This document shows, in pieces, positions 23,901-36,506 of a stretch of 64,000 nucleotides of DNA; the stretch's first letter is position 1; each line of letters starts with the position of its first letter. A program made the translations under genes and the position numbers. The notes under the pieces are model-generated. The model made no database searches, was not told the origin of the DNA, and saw only the letters and a list, made by a program, of their open reading frames with translations. Source of the DNA: Asterias rubens (taxonomy: Eukaryota); the NCBI RefSeq assembly GCF_902459465.1, contig NC_047066.1, positions 9,982,001 to 10,046,000 of the forward strand, given 5' to 3'.

Positions 23901-26900
23901 GTGCAGGCAAACGGTACAGTACTGGAGTGGATGCGCAACCTTATCGCCAATCGTCTTGCCTCTAGCGTCATGGAATGGTGCGATATATTCAGCAAATACA
24001 ATAGCGGCACGTGAGTACTGGGTCCAAATAGATTCACGATGCACGATGTAACCCCTAGACATCCTTTGGACAAGTATACCATTCTTGATGTGGCGGAAAA
24101 AAGAATCAAAGTACACACATGGAAAAAGGGTCATGTTTTTTATTCATCTTTACCGATCACAACAAAAAGTTATATTTGAAATACTTAAAATATGTACCCT
24201 TAAAAAACAAGAAACTGCATACCAAAATAATCATTTCAACATTTTATTTGAACCACCCTGTGATTAAAGTGGGCTGTGTACGACTAGCGACTCTTTTTTG
24301 TTAACCTGGTCACATATAAATTGTTTGTTTTTTCATGTGTCGACCTAAATGGCTGCTCGAGACAAGCGCGAATGACGCACACACCACTCATCACGAATCA
24401 CTCGGATAGCCAGCTTGTTCATCCTTAGCCTCCACCCCAGCATCTGTGTTTCGACTTGATCTCTCAGCACCTTACAATTTGTCTTATTATTCCTTTTCTT
24501 GGGTTCTGTACCTCTTGTAATTTTGTTTTATTCTTTTCTAAGGTACAACAATGAGTGGATGGTGGTGGATTACAAACATTTTACACCTGGACAAGATTTG
24601 CCAAAAGAGGGCCTCCTTGCAGTATTGGATCAAATCCCGTAAGTGCTACACGTAAATTGAGCGTCTATATTTGGCTACAATATTTAAATATCAGCCACAG
24701 CCAAAGAAAGTCACTTTTTCAAACACAATATGAAAAGTTATTAAGTCATATATCCTAAATGACCGTCCGGCCTTAGGTGATCTCTCCTAAAATAAAATGA
24801 AATTGCTATTTAAAGTGTGATATTTTGACTTTCTTTTATTGTTTGAAGGGGTGAGATTGTGAGCAAGGACATGACTGGGTTGCTCCTGAACCAAACCTAC
24901 TGGCCGAGTTACAATGTTCCGTAAGTATCAAGTCTTTGTGACGTATCTACCAGCATGGTTCTCAAGGCGCTTAGTATAATTTTTTTCAAAAGGATAGGTT
25001 ACTGCAGTTATGAATTCTCAGACCTAGTTATGTAGCACCTTCTAAGGGCTTACAAGGTGCTACGGCGCATTCAGCAGCCACAGCCAGGAAACACTGGGGC
25101 GAACCCCTTCTCTTAGTGAAAGCATTACTGGAATCTTTTACATGCATTACACAATGCACAGGACCACTATCTTTTATGTCCCATCTGAAGGACGAAGCAA
25201 TAATGGTTTAGTGTCTTGCTGAAGGACACAAAGATGTCATGCCCCATGTGTCTTTATGTCATGCCCCCACTCCAAAATCAGGCACCTTATAGAAATAATA
25301 GGGACTTTTCGTTTTTGACGACGGATGGTTCTGCGACGGTAAAGATGACATTTGGCGTCATCTGTGCATCTTTGAGGACGGTCGTCCCTCAATTTCTACG
25401 ACAGTACTTGGGATGAATCTTCGTTGTGCTGAAAACGACAACGTTTAGCTGAACAACCGTCGCAGAACCATCCGTCGTCGAAAACAAAAAGTCCCTAATG
25501 TCATACAGGCACGTTTTTGTGGTAGCACAAGTGATTCTTAACATTTCTCATTCCACTAGTGATATCACATTCACCACTCCAAAATCAGGCACCTTATAGA
25601 AATAATGTCATACAGGCACGTTTTTGTGGTAGCACAAGTGATTCTTAACATTTCTCATTCCACTAGTGATATCACATTCACCACTCCAAAATCAGGCACC
25701 TTATAGAAATAATGTCATACAGGCACGTTTTTGTGGTAGCACAAGTGATTCTTAACATTTCTCATTCCACTAGTGATATCACATTCACCACTCCAAAATC
25801 AGGCACCTTATAGAAATAATGTCATACAGGCACGTTTTTGTGGTAGCACAAGTGATTCTTAACATTTCTCATTCCACTAGTGATATCACATTCACCACTC
25901 CAAAATCAGGCACCTTATAGAAATAATGTCATACAGGCACGTTTTTGTGGTAGCACAAGTGATTCTTAACATTTCTCATTCCACTAGTGATATCACATTC
26001 ACCACATCATGAGCATGACTTGTTTTGGGGGCCTTCCCGAGGAGCACTATTTTAAATGAAATCTGATTTTAAAATCAATTTTAAAATCTATTTTATGAAA
26101 GGGGATAGAAGCAGGTAGGCCTATGTTTTTAGCTGATGAAATTTTATTAAATTACAAACTTTTACGTGGGCATGGTTGTCTGCACGCATCCTGTAAAAAC
26201 AAGGATTCCTTTCTAAAATGTAAGCAAATACAGTTTACAAACTTCTCTCTTTGATCCATTCCTTGCAGGTATTTCCCTAAAATCTTCGCAGACGGTGGAT
26301 TTAAGAAGCAGGCTGAGGAGCAAGGCTCCTGGTTCTCTTATGACAAAACTGCCCGAGCCAACATCTTCAGACGTGACCACACAAAAGTGACCGATATGAA
26401 GTCCATGATAAAGCTGATGAGGTCAGTGAGGTCAAAGCATTTTAATGAAATCAGCTGGCAGGTCCAGATTTTCATGTATCTGCCCGCCAAACCAGGTTCC
26501 TCAGTAAATGTAATTTGCTATTGTTTGGACATTTTTGTATTCTTCTTAAAGGCAATGTATTGTTTGTTATTTGTTAATGTTTTTTTCTTATGTTTTCTAG
26601 CAAATAAAACGAAATGGAAATTATATTATTATTATATTGGTTTGTTAAAAACATTCAAACTTGGCAGCCAGAGGCTGAATTGCATTTAAAATACATTTTT
26701 AAAATTACAGAAAAACATTAAGAATTTTAAAAATATTTATCCAAGTATAATTTCAAAATACAAAATATCCAAAGACTAAAATACACAAAACATGTCCACT
26801 GGGAAGGCATAACATACTTCTTGCTACATATACTCTGATAAGTGCTTCTACTAGTTTAACTTTTTTTTTTAAGATCACAAATAGAAGCACGATAAAACAA

Positions 26901-28135
26901 ATAAAAGTCTTACTAAACTATCAGGTTTCATATTTAATTGAACTTAACCGTCCTACTGTCTGACCATTCTTGTCTTGTCTTAACTCTTGCAGGTATAATG
27001 ACTTCCAGCACGATCCTTTGTCTCGTTGTGACTGCACTCCGCCGTTCACCGGAGAGAACGCAATATCGGCTCGCTCAGATCTCAACCCAGCTAATGGAAC
27101 ATATCCATTTCCAACATTAGGTTTTAGGTGTCATGGAGGAACGGACATGAAGGTTGGTTGTTGGTTTCAGAGATGACCGCTTTTGATTAGACGTGATGGT
27201 TAGACAGTACGCATGTCGTGCCGTAGTCTTGGTGCAAGACGTTCATGTTGAGTCGGTCAACCTCTATGGTAATACCATAGGCCCCACACACTCAGTGCTA
27301 CACACGTCCACCTAAACTATTTCATCTAAAGAGGATGTTCTGTCAGCCGCGATCCGCCAGCAAGTATAAAAAAAAGGGCCAACCCTGGCTCAAGCTCTAG
27401 TGTTTCTGATCAGCAGACTTTGGGTTTGAGTCCTGGTCTTGATGCTTGTGTCCTTTACTATTATTGCCGCAGTGGCTTCAGGTGGGACGTAAAGCAGTAG
27501 ATCCAGCATGTTGTATAATGCTGTAGGTCCAGGGTGTCGTGGCCGTGTGGTTTAGACTCCCTAGAGCATCGAATTCAAGTTCTAGTGGTATAGTTGCCAG
27601 TGTGTGGGTTTTGAACCCCGGTCATGACACTTCTTGAAATGTTAATGGGCTAACAACAAGCTGATATCCAATTGGCCGCTTTCCTATTCAGCCGAAACGC
27701 TCTCGATCGGTGTATTATGACGTAAGCCTTATGCTTTTCTTCACAGCGCTGCCACTCTCTAGTGTTTAATTCTGATCAGCATAATTTGGTTTCGTTTCCT
27801 GGTCACGATGCTTGTGGCCAAGTGGTTTAAAGCAATGAATTTAGTTATTGGGGTGTTGGTTCAAATCCTGGTCATGACACTTGTTGAACATTTAACACGG
27901 ATCATAAATTGAAATGTTGCAGAATCATCAGACATTTTACTTTTCTCCCGATGCCCAGGTGACCAGCAGTTCAATGGCCAAGACACTCTCAATGATCGCT
28001 GTCAGTGGACCCACCCACGACCAGCAGCCGGTCTTTCAGTGGAGCAAGTCAGAATGTGACAAGCAGTACCTACACTTGGGTCATCCAGACATCTTCAACT
28101 TTGACCCCGTGGAGGTCAACTGGAAGAAACCTTAA
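17946..28135 (+). CDS. PLBD2: Phospholipase B-like 2 (lysosomal Ntn hydrolase), 11 exons, 561 aa
   Basis: Exons 17946-18160, 19384-19627, 21483-21577, 22487-22704, 23185-23279, 23850-24010, 24543-24638, 24849-24920, 26269-26421, 26993-27152 and 27959-28135 total 1686 nt in frame, all GT-AG. Signal peptide, autocleavage nucleophile motif CSALIKLLPG, SHDTW, DDFY, ETTIGN, NSGTYNNEW, YWPSYNVP, RYND and ISARSDLNP are present. Confidence 0.95.
18698..18857. repeat. 160-bp spacerless GC-rich palindrome
   Basis: Centre GAGCC|GGCTC at 18777/18778; the 80-bp arms have 2 mismatches. Confidence 0.92.
20440..20780 (-). mobile_element. Repeat with a tRNA-like module plus a 31-bp inverted repeat
   Basis: On the minus strand: A box TAGTCTAGTTGGT, D stem GTCT/AGAC and B box GGTTCGAATCCC (~20540-20610). 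A perfect IR lies at 20674-20704 / 20750-20780. A related sequence lies at ~42570-42710 (+). Confidence 0.65.
20972..21119. mobile_element. Palindromic MITE (AATGGGAGACTT ends)
   Basis: ~58-bp imperfect inverted arms around a short spacer. Confidence 0.75.
21715..22137. repeat. Two tandem ~208-bp copies of a dispersed GGGCACC/GGTGCCC-rich element
   Basis: AGTCAGCTGACACTGA starts at ~21718 and ~21926. Relatives lie at ~5590, ~11330, ~19660, ~34040, ~39000 and ~39355. Confidence 0.65.
24935..25250 (-). mobile_element. tRNA-derived SINE body
   Basis: Aligns with 53040-53535 (CCTTCRGATGGGAC...TAAA core, GGGGTTYGCCCC, AGCACCTTGTAAGC). Confidence 0.7.
25300..25496. mobile_element. PIF/Harbinger-like MITE with AAT target duplication
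   Basis: ~40-bp TIRs AGGGACTTTT...GACGACGGATGGTTCTGCGACGGT. AAT flanks both sides, and the empty site is visible in the adjacent tandem array. Confidence 0.85.
25497..26004. repeat. 107-bp tandem repeat, ~4.7 apparently identical units after the first MITE-bearing unit
   Basis: AATGTCATACAGG starts at 25497, 25604, 25711, 25818 and 25925. Confidence 0.95.
27385..27900 (+). mobile_element. Cluster of tRNA-SINE heads
   Basis: Repeated degenerate A boxes (TGGCC..GTGG), TCTGATCAGC and B boxes (GGTT.GA.TCC.GGTCATGAC). Another copy lies at ~9945-10140. Confidence 0.6.
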
Positions 28136-29369
28136 AGGCAATATTCCAGAAATATATATTTTTTTTATTTGATTAGACAGGGACTTTTTTTTTTTTTTTT
28201 TTTCCTGATCTACCGGGTAAAACCCACAATATGTTTTGTTTAGTCAAAATAATGCTTAACAACTGTCTCCTAAGCAAAAAACTAGCAGGATATCAGTGAC
28301 TTATTGTATTTGAGAAATGGCATTTTGGCTGGTGAACATTATTCCATTAGCATAATTTGTTCGTGCTGAGCTACATTTCGTGCTAAAAGCGTGGGTTATT
28401 TGTATGTAGACGCTGTATCCAGCTGAAACTTTCACATGTGATTTTTGTTTCTTTCTTTATAATTTTGCCTATAAACAAGCATTACGTTGACAAAAACCAA
28501 TCTTTGATTCCATCTTTAAGGAATGAAACCAAAAAAAATGAGTATAATGTTAGACAATTGCTTTTCTGCAATGAATTTATTTTGTAATTGACAAATCCTT
28601 AAAAAAATAATATATTGGTTTTCGTCTAGCTTTCATCAAAGTAAAACTTTCTGAAACTAAAAGATAGCTTTGGATGTTACAACAATAACAATATCCTGCC
28701 ATCTGGCATAAGTATCAAATTAATATAAATACTGCAAATATTTGTCTTTTAAAAAGAAAACATATTTGTTTACTCATAATTCAGATTGTAAGTAAAAAAA
28801 TAAAATTCTGCATCCAAGTAATATGAATTAGTCTTTATTTGTAATTTACTGATTAAAATCAGTACACGTAATTGTTGTTTTTATCTAATTGACAATATCG
28901 TCACCATTTCCACAAAGAGCCACAAATAAATACACAGATTGCTACAGGAAGGGGGCCTACATTTCAATATATTATCTGTTTTTCTTGATTGTATATGAGA
29001 GTTCTGAAACTGCAATGTGGCTTTAATAAATAATGCAGATTTGCAGGTTTTAGCCGAGTAGTGTAAAATGTAAATCTCAATCAGGCCTTTTGACATTATG
29101 TGGCTCTTTGTGAAAATGTTGATGGTATAAATGATGATGATGCCAGGGATGATGTCAGGTGATGATGTCAGGTGATGATGTCAGGTGATGTGGGTCATTA
29201 TATCCAAATTGGAAAAAAAAAAAAAGTTGTGTTTTGTTTTGAAATTTGTCTCGGGTATTTAATTTAAAGACGATGAGTTTTTTTTTTGGCTGAAATTTTT
29301 TTTTAAATAGCTATTTTTTATAGCTTTGAGAAAGTTATTAAAAATTTATTTAAGGTTGTTCACACTTAA

Positions 29370-29739
29370 AGCCATTAGACACCTTTGGTTAACAGTAATG
29401 TCCAAGGCCCACACTTCGTGTATCACAACTTCTATATAAAATAACAATTTTAGGCTGAAATTTAGGCTGAAATTTAGGCTGAATCGGTCATCGGAGTCGG
29501 GAGAAAATAATGCGAAACCACCCTGGTTTCGGCACAATTCACCGTGTCATGACGTGTGTTTAAAATAAATCCGTAATTCTCGATATCGAGAATTGATATT
29601 GTTTTTGTTTTCTCAAAAAGTGAAGCATTTCATGGAATAATATTTAAAGATAAGTCTTTCACCATTACCTTCTGTAAACCCTGAAAGTTATTTGTAAATC
29701 TGTGAACTTTTTTATCTGTACCGAAAGTGTCCAATGGCT
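29370..29739. mobile_element. TTAA-flanked MITE family B (AGCCATT ends), complete
   Basis: AGCCATTAGACAC/GTGTCCAATGGCT TIRs with TTAA flanks. A partial copy lies at ~9548-9767. Confidence 0.8.
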
Positions 29740-30427
29740 TTAAAGTCCACAAAAGATAAGTTAAAGTGAATGACAAAGAAACTAAAATAAACAGTTTCTG
29801 TTGGGACTGTCAATTCACCATGTACAAAGAAATGTGCACTATAGGGGCCATTCAGATAAGTCAACGTTAAAGAATTTTAATTTTGTTGTATTTCTCCTGA
29901 GGAGAAAAAAAAAAAAAAAAAGAGAAATTGTAATAAGAATTTTCCGAAAAAGACAAGTTTTGTAATAAACTATAAAACTATAAAAAGTTTGAACCTCTGT
30001 TTTTGTATTCATTATTTGTGCATTTGTCTCCCTACTTTCAATAGATGTCAACCTTTTGGCTATGGCAGCTGCTGGGGTGGGGGTCGCATTGGGCCATAGC
30101 CACTGCAGAAGACTCCAATTCATTCTTGGTCTCCTTTCCTACTTCTAACAGTGATGTTTGGTTGCCACAGTAACAACAAAGGTTATTTCCCCCCAAAAAA
30201 TTACCACTGAGTCCTTATGATGCAAGAGTCTAACAAGAGATTCGTAATATCAATTTTAATGGCCAGCAATTTTAATCTTCCAAAATAAAAGTGAATACAG
30301 TACGAAATCAAACCAGTCTCAGAAATTGTACTGAAACATAAAATGTACCCTGTCTCACACAAATTAAATGAAATTACAACCATGATTTATTTGGTAATCA
30401 ATTTTCAAAGAGGCACTGATCAAACTT

Positions 30428-30430
<3 letters not shown>

Positions 30431-30471
<41 letters not shown>

Positions 30472-30790
30472 GACTTGTAATGGGCCATATCCACCCTGCT
30501 GGGTGTTCAAGGCGCAGTAAAAAAAACAAAAAAACAAAACCAGACTCAACAAAATTAGTCCTTGAAAACCTGTGACATAAGATAAGTTTTGAGAAGAGAT
30601 TTGAATGTTGTGGTACAAAGACAAGATCTACGATTAAGTGGTAGAGAGTTCCAGATGCGTCGCGCAGCTGAAGAAAAAGACCTGTCTCCCCATGAGTGTT
30701 GAGACTTGGGTTCAATGAGAAGAAGCATGGAACTTGATCGAAGATTTCTTGATGGAGTGTAAACTTGAAGAAGTTCAGTTGAGACAATAA
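30431..30790 (-). mobile_element. L2-clade LINE 3' fragment with (ATT)n tail
   Basis: The minus frame reads YTPSRNLRSSS...GDRSFSSAARRIWNSLP...FKSLLKTYL...F*, the typical L2 ORF2 C-terminus. It is followed by a short 3' UTR and the (ATT) tail at 30431-30471. Confidence 0.8.
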
Positions 30791-31712
30791 CAAAACATAA
30801 AGACTACATTCACATTACTCAGATTCAGTAGACCCTGTTTAATGAAAGTAAATGTATTAATCTATACTCAAATTGATACTGTACCGAAGTTATAAAGAAA
30901 AAAAAACATAATCAAAATATCACGTGATTGTATTCCCACCATGCAAAATGTTAAATCCTACAGAACTAGGAGAGTTGACTGTGTACTGTTTTTAAGATGC
31001 ACTCATTCAATGGTATCATACATGTTAGTCTTGAAATCAAGTCGGTTATTGTTAAGCACGGTGTAGCTACGGGGACGGTACACACATCCTCAATTATAGT
31101 AAGTGTGTGAGTCAATGTGAGTTAGAGCTGATGACGGACCTTGCCACACGCTACCTACGACCGTTGCATGAACGATAATCGCACTGTGACTGTTGCATGA
31201 ACTGCAGAATACGTGTTTGGGGCAGCGCTAAAGACTTGTCATCAAGTCTACATACATGTAGGCTGGGATGGAGCCTTTATCATACACAAACATTTGAAGC
31301 AGACAGTAGTAGGGTTGACTTATACAGCACTGTGTAGATGCATTCACCACATGCTATCACACTGCCAGCTGGCATATAGTTCATCTCTTATACAAAACCA
31401 TGCGTATGATATTGAATGGTCAAATAGTAAGAGGGTTGACTTAAAAACTGTCCGGATGTAATCACCACATTGCAGACTGTACGTGCCCTCATCATTAACG
31501 ATCAGTCGATATAAGGATTTGAAAATACACAATTTTAATCACAAAATTTCATTCATGATCTAAGATTTAGTTAATTTCTCGTATATATGCAGCATAAAAA
31601 AAGTATCTCATTTCTCATTTTGAGGCAGGAAAGGCACGCAGAGTTTCACAGATTTACTCTGCAGAAATTTTCCGCTCTGAAGAATCTCATTTCCTTGAAG
31701 GATTTAAAAACA

Positions 31713-34700
31713 TCAAGATGACTCTTGTAGGACGTCGATGAGCTCTTGGAAGCTGTTAGCGAACCAGCGAGCACCTTCCTGAACCTTCGCTCTGACCTTG
31801 TTACCACCAAATCCTATAAACGCATCCTGCAAAGGGGTTATACAAAACAAAACTCTTTCTATAACCAATGGTTACACAAGTTTATTTCAGAGTTTGGGTC
31901 CATTGACTGAACAGGAGCTAATTGTTGGTTTCGTTAACACCAAGTGACCGTCTCCTTTGCGTAGTGGTGGTGGTAATATAATATTACCCAAGTCTAAGGG
32001 GTAGGGATGAGATCTTGGATATAGGAGATCCATTAGTCGGGGGGGGGGAATGAGAGCCAAATGTCACTGATGTAGAAGCCTATGTCTTGCGAAACCCTGT
32101 CGTGCTTTCAGATCTCGATGGCCTCTCTGATGCATCTTGGGTGCCATGCCTGGATTGGAGCGATGATTTCTGCTGCTCACCAGTCAACTTGGTGGTCAGT
32201 GATGCAGGAATGTTAGATGATGGCCGACTTCTTATAATCTCCCCTTCGTGCGCTCGGTCTTCTTTGAGTCTTGTATCCTCAACAATCGATGGAAGCTATT
32301 TGATCAAAGTTGTCTCCATCCAGCACCAACTCGCAGCATGTCCTTGAAGTGAATCCATTATTGGATTGGGAGCCAGTGTAGTTTTAAGATTTTAGGGATG
32401 AAAAAGCCAAACTTGTATTTGTTTTGATGAGTCTGAATGTTACTATCCTCCTTTCTTATCACCCAGGCTAAAATGGGAACCGGCTTAATTGTTACATTTC
32501 GGGCTGGTAAACATTTTTAAACTATGGAAATTTTAGTGTATGCAGCCTTGGTGATCAATATATACATGTAGAACATGTGGTCATGGTTTTACACAAGATC
32601 TCATGTACATGAGCTCAGGAGTTGGGTTTGGTTTTTTTACCACGTGAATAGAACCTGAGTATTGACGCAAACAATACAACTGCTTCTTTGTCGCTTATTG
32701 ATAATTTAACAACGTGCGTACACAACAGAAATATTAGTCCTATAAAATTGTTTCAAATGAAGTGATTTAACTTACTGCAGGAGGGCAAGCCTCCAGGTCA
32801 GTGGCTCCGTCTCCAATCATGACGACGTTCTTGTAGCCGTGTTTCTTCTTCAACATACCCACAACGGCGGGTTTCCCTCCCGCTGCACATGTTGGTTGTT
32901 CCTCACAGAAACCAGCGTGCTCACCTGGTCAATAAAAAATATCAAAACGTACTTCAAACGATATATTTTGTTTGACATAAACTTGCAAAAAGTTACCCAA
33001 CAATAAACAGTTAGGAAACTTGTCCATGATTTTGGAAAACCTATGTAAAGAGGCTATGCTTTAAAGCCATTATACACTTTCGGTACAGAAAAGAACAAAA
33101 GTTCACAGATTTACAAATAACTTAATTATCATAATAATAATAATAATAAGACATTTGTAAAGCACCTAATGCAAAAGCCTCTAAGCGCATAAAAGAAACA
33201 ATAAAATAAACAATTAGAGAAAGATACAAGATACAAATAGGCAAATTACAAAAAAGAAGCTTTAAAGGCAGTGGACACTATTGGTAATTACTCTACTCAA
33301 AATAATTATTAGCATAGAACCTTTCTTGGCGACGAGTAATGGGGAGAGGTTGATAGTATAAAACAGTGTGAGAAACGGCTCCCTCTGAAGTGCCATAATT
33401 TTCGAGAAAGAAGTAGTTTTCCACCAATTTGATTTCGAGACCTCAGATTTAGAACTTGAGGTCTCGAAATCAACCATCTAAACGCACACAACTTTGTGTG
33501 ACAAGGGTGTTTTTTCTTTTACTATTATCTTGCAAGTTCGATGACCGATTGAGCTCAAATTTTTACAGGTTTGTTATTTTATGCATATGTTGAGAAACAC
33601 CAACAACGGTGAAGGCTAGTCTTTGACAAATATTAATAGTGTCCACTGCCTTTAAGGGTGTACAGAAGGTAATGGTGAAAGACTCTCTTGAAATATTATT
33701 CCATGAAATGCTTTACTTTTTGAGAAAACATTAAAACAATATCAATTCTCGATAGCGAGAATAACAGACTTATTTGAAACACATGTCATGACACGGCGAA
33801 ACGTGCGGAATTAAGAGTGGGTTTTCCCGATATTTTCTCCCGACTCCGATGACCGATGGAGCTTTAATTTTCACATGTTTGTTATTTTATATATAAGTTA
33901 AGATACACGAAGTGTGGGACTTGGACAATACTGTTTACCGAAAGTGTATAATGGCTTTTACTAAATTATTTATTATTCCATGAACATTCTGCCTGTACAC
34001 ATTTAACATTTTTACATATTAAAACATTATCAGGACTGGAACTAGATGCAGGCCACGACCTCTGTTGCCCCTGGTCTAGGCCTTGGTGCCCCTCAAAAGT
34101 TTCCCATTGACTTAAAGACTTTCCAATGGGAGTGCCCTTTTCAAAATGAAAATGGGAGAGCCCTTTTCAAAATGAAAATGGCCTTGCCCTTTTCAAAGAT
34201 GAAATTCCAGGCCTCCATCATTACAGAGTGAACTGCAAGTTGAGAATTATGGTGTACTTTGCATTGCGTGGATTGAAGACAATGAGTACACACACTGTGC
34301 AAAGGAGCTACCATACTGGAAAAACGTTTTATTTACTCAACCTTGGGAAGGCAGGTCATGGTGTGACCTTTGACATGAGCTGTATGCAAATTATACAATA
34401 CTAAATATTTATGAGCTTGGTGTAGCCAAATGGGCCAAAGCAAATATATCACAAAAATCTCACCATTATAGAAGAACTTGAGCTTGTTAGCGTAGATATT
34501 TTCCAGGGGAATGTTGAGAGATTTGGCTAGTTCAGCGACTGTACAGTAGAATCCACCAGTCACAAGGTACACCGCTGTGCCTCGAGCGAGAAGAAGCTCA
34601 ATCAGTTCCCTACAGTTTAAACATAGGAAACAATGCTAAGATGATTTTTGTGTGGTCTACTTGTCAAAAACGTAATTGCCAAGTGCCCAGTGTCTTTAAA

Positions 34701-36236
34701 GGGTCTGTATATGTTTGGTAATGACTCTGAAAAAAATACTTAGTAAGAGTAGTTACTTTACTTACTCAAAAAGTTAGTTACTTATTAGGCCTAAACAACA
34801 ACAACAAAATGAATCAGACGACACTCTCCTGACCTCCTTGTTAAGTTCCCCAGCGGAAGTTTCAGGAGGACAACTACCAAGTACCAAGTACCAAGAGTTA
34901 GCTTTGGATAATATAAAGTAATTTGAAAAACTGTTTCAAACAAAACTGCAGTTATGGAAAAAGATATCACAACAAATTTGAATCTGAGAAGCGTTACTGA
35001 CAGCAACATTTCTTTATCCACCTACCTGACTTTAGGTGTAAGATAGTTTGCTGGCGGATGACTGTCTATAAAACTCTTTACAATATCTAAGGATGGATTA
35101 ATAATCTTTAATCTTGCTGTCAGCGTCTCTTTGTATGTTATACTCCCATCCATTGCCTTCTTGGTCCTGAAAAAGAAAACACAAATCAGATTGAATTGCA
35201 TGCACTACAACAACAGAATTTGTTGTTATTGTTATAAAATTATATTATTATTTAATCTTATTTATTATTTATGCGGCCATTTCACAAAGTACAACAATGA
35301 TAATTTATTTGCAAACAAAATCTTAGTTATAGACATGAAGGTTTGTTTGTTAAATAAACATGTTGAACCGAACTACATGTAGGCATACAAATAAATAAAT
35401 AAAAAAATTAATATACTTAACAAAAGAAAAAATAAAGTGGTAGCACACAGGTACAAGCAATATGACCCCATTAAATTAAAATATAAATCAGTGAGATTAA
35501 AAAGAGAAGGGCAAGAAAAATAAAATATGCATGATACATTAGTTATGTTTAAAAAATAAAAAAAACAAATAAATTAATGTACAATTACATGGATGCAAGG
35601 GAAATTTTCTGTATGGCGCCACCACTTTTTCATCAATATGAAATATTATAGTATCTAATTCCCTAATTTACCTCAATGAGATATCCCTTTTTGTAAACAT
35701 GAGTGAAAAAGTGGTGGCGCCATACGGAAAGTTATCCAAACCGGGTAACAAAGAAGCTTGCTATGTAAGACAGATACACAGGGGTTAACCTCTACTCTTC
35801 AATGACAAGTGTTCTGGGTTATTTTATATGCACTACCATTCCTAGTAGTACAATTGACTAAAAATATAAACAAAATCAACATGAAGCACTTTCTATTTTT
35901 GTTATCAATCCCAAAGCAAAATAAATTTAAAAAAAGATAGCCTAAACAAAAGTCAGAACAATTCCAAATTGAAATGTTGAATGCTTAAATATAAACAACA
36001 CAAAACAAAGATTATCTTGAGAGAGAGAAAATCCAAGTTGTAATGTACATGTATGGATTGCAGAGTGGGGGGGGGAAATGAATCATGCTACCGTACCATT
36101 GAGCTACTTCGTCTCCGACTCCACAGTGAGCGGCGAGCTCATCGATTGCCTCCTCTGTGCTGACTGTACTGTCGACATCAAAACAGACCGCATCTGCTCT
36201 CTTCCATACTGCTTTTGTCTCTTCAAGTGTTGCCAT
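31713..36236 (-). CDS. PSPH: Phosphoserine phosphatase (HAD superfamily), 5 coding exons, 229 aa
   Basis: Exons 36236-36097, 35166-35026, 34609-34464, 32924-32776 and 31826-31713 total 690 nt in frame. HAD motif I FDVDST, motif II VTGGF, motif III GGK, motif IV GDGATD, and the C-terminal DAFIGFGGN. Confidence 0.95.
32050..32345 (-). mobile_element. Degenerate Penelope-like element, GIY-YIG C-terminal fragment
   Basis: The minus strand reads TRLKE.R then, after a frameshift, KSAII*HSCITDHQVDW*AAEII...RCIREAIEI*KH...QDIGFYISDIW. This matches the PLE SAIAEH...IDW...R..KEAIEI...RD.G pattern, with in-frame stops. Confidence 0.75.
33065..33956. mobile_element. MITE family B interrupted by a retroelement tail and a family A MITE
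   Basis: AGCCATTATACACTTTCGG/CCGAAAGTGTATAATGGCT TIRs. The two halves rejoin to match the 29370 copy once ~33124-33655 is removed. Confidence 0.8.
33266..33651. mobile_element. MITE family A, complete, nested in a family B MITE
   Basis: TTAA flanks and TIRs; opposite orientation to the copy at 648. Confidence 0.85.
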
Positions 36237-36506
36237 GGTATTGACTGAAAAGAGATGAAAACATAAAAGATGTTAGCAAAGTTCATAAATGCGTTTTGTG
36301 AGGTGTTTTTCTAACACTACCTGGGGGGCAGTAGTGTACTCCTTCTTGATGTTCTACATATTGATAACTATTGTCAAAGCCTGTTTAACAGCATCTGGAC
36401 AAGGTGAGAAGACAATGAAGAAATTTAAGCTTTAGACGTGGAAGGGAAACCCCAGAGAATTATTCCTGGGAATAACTGGTGTTTTGACACCTATGGTCAG
36501 ACTCAC

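Noticed and set aside
25497-26004. CRISPR-like array
   Set aside because: Contiguous identical 107-bp units with no unique spacers, in a eukaryotic intron, with no cas genes.
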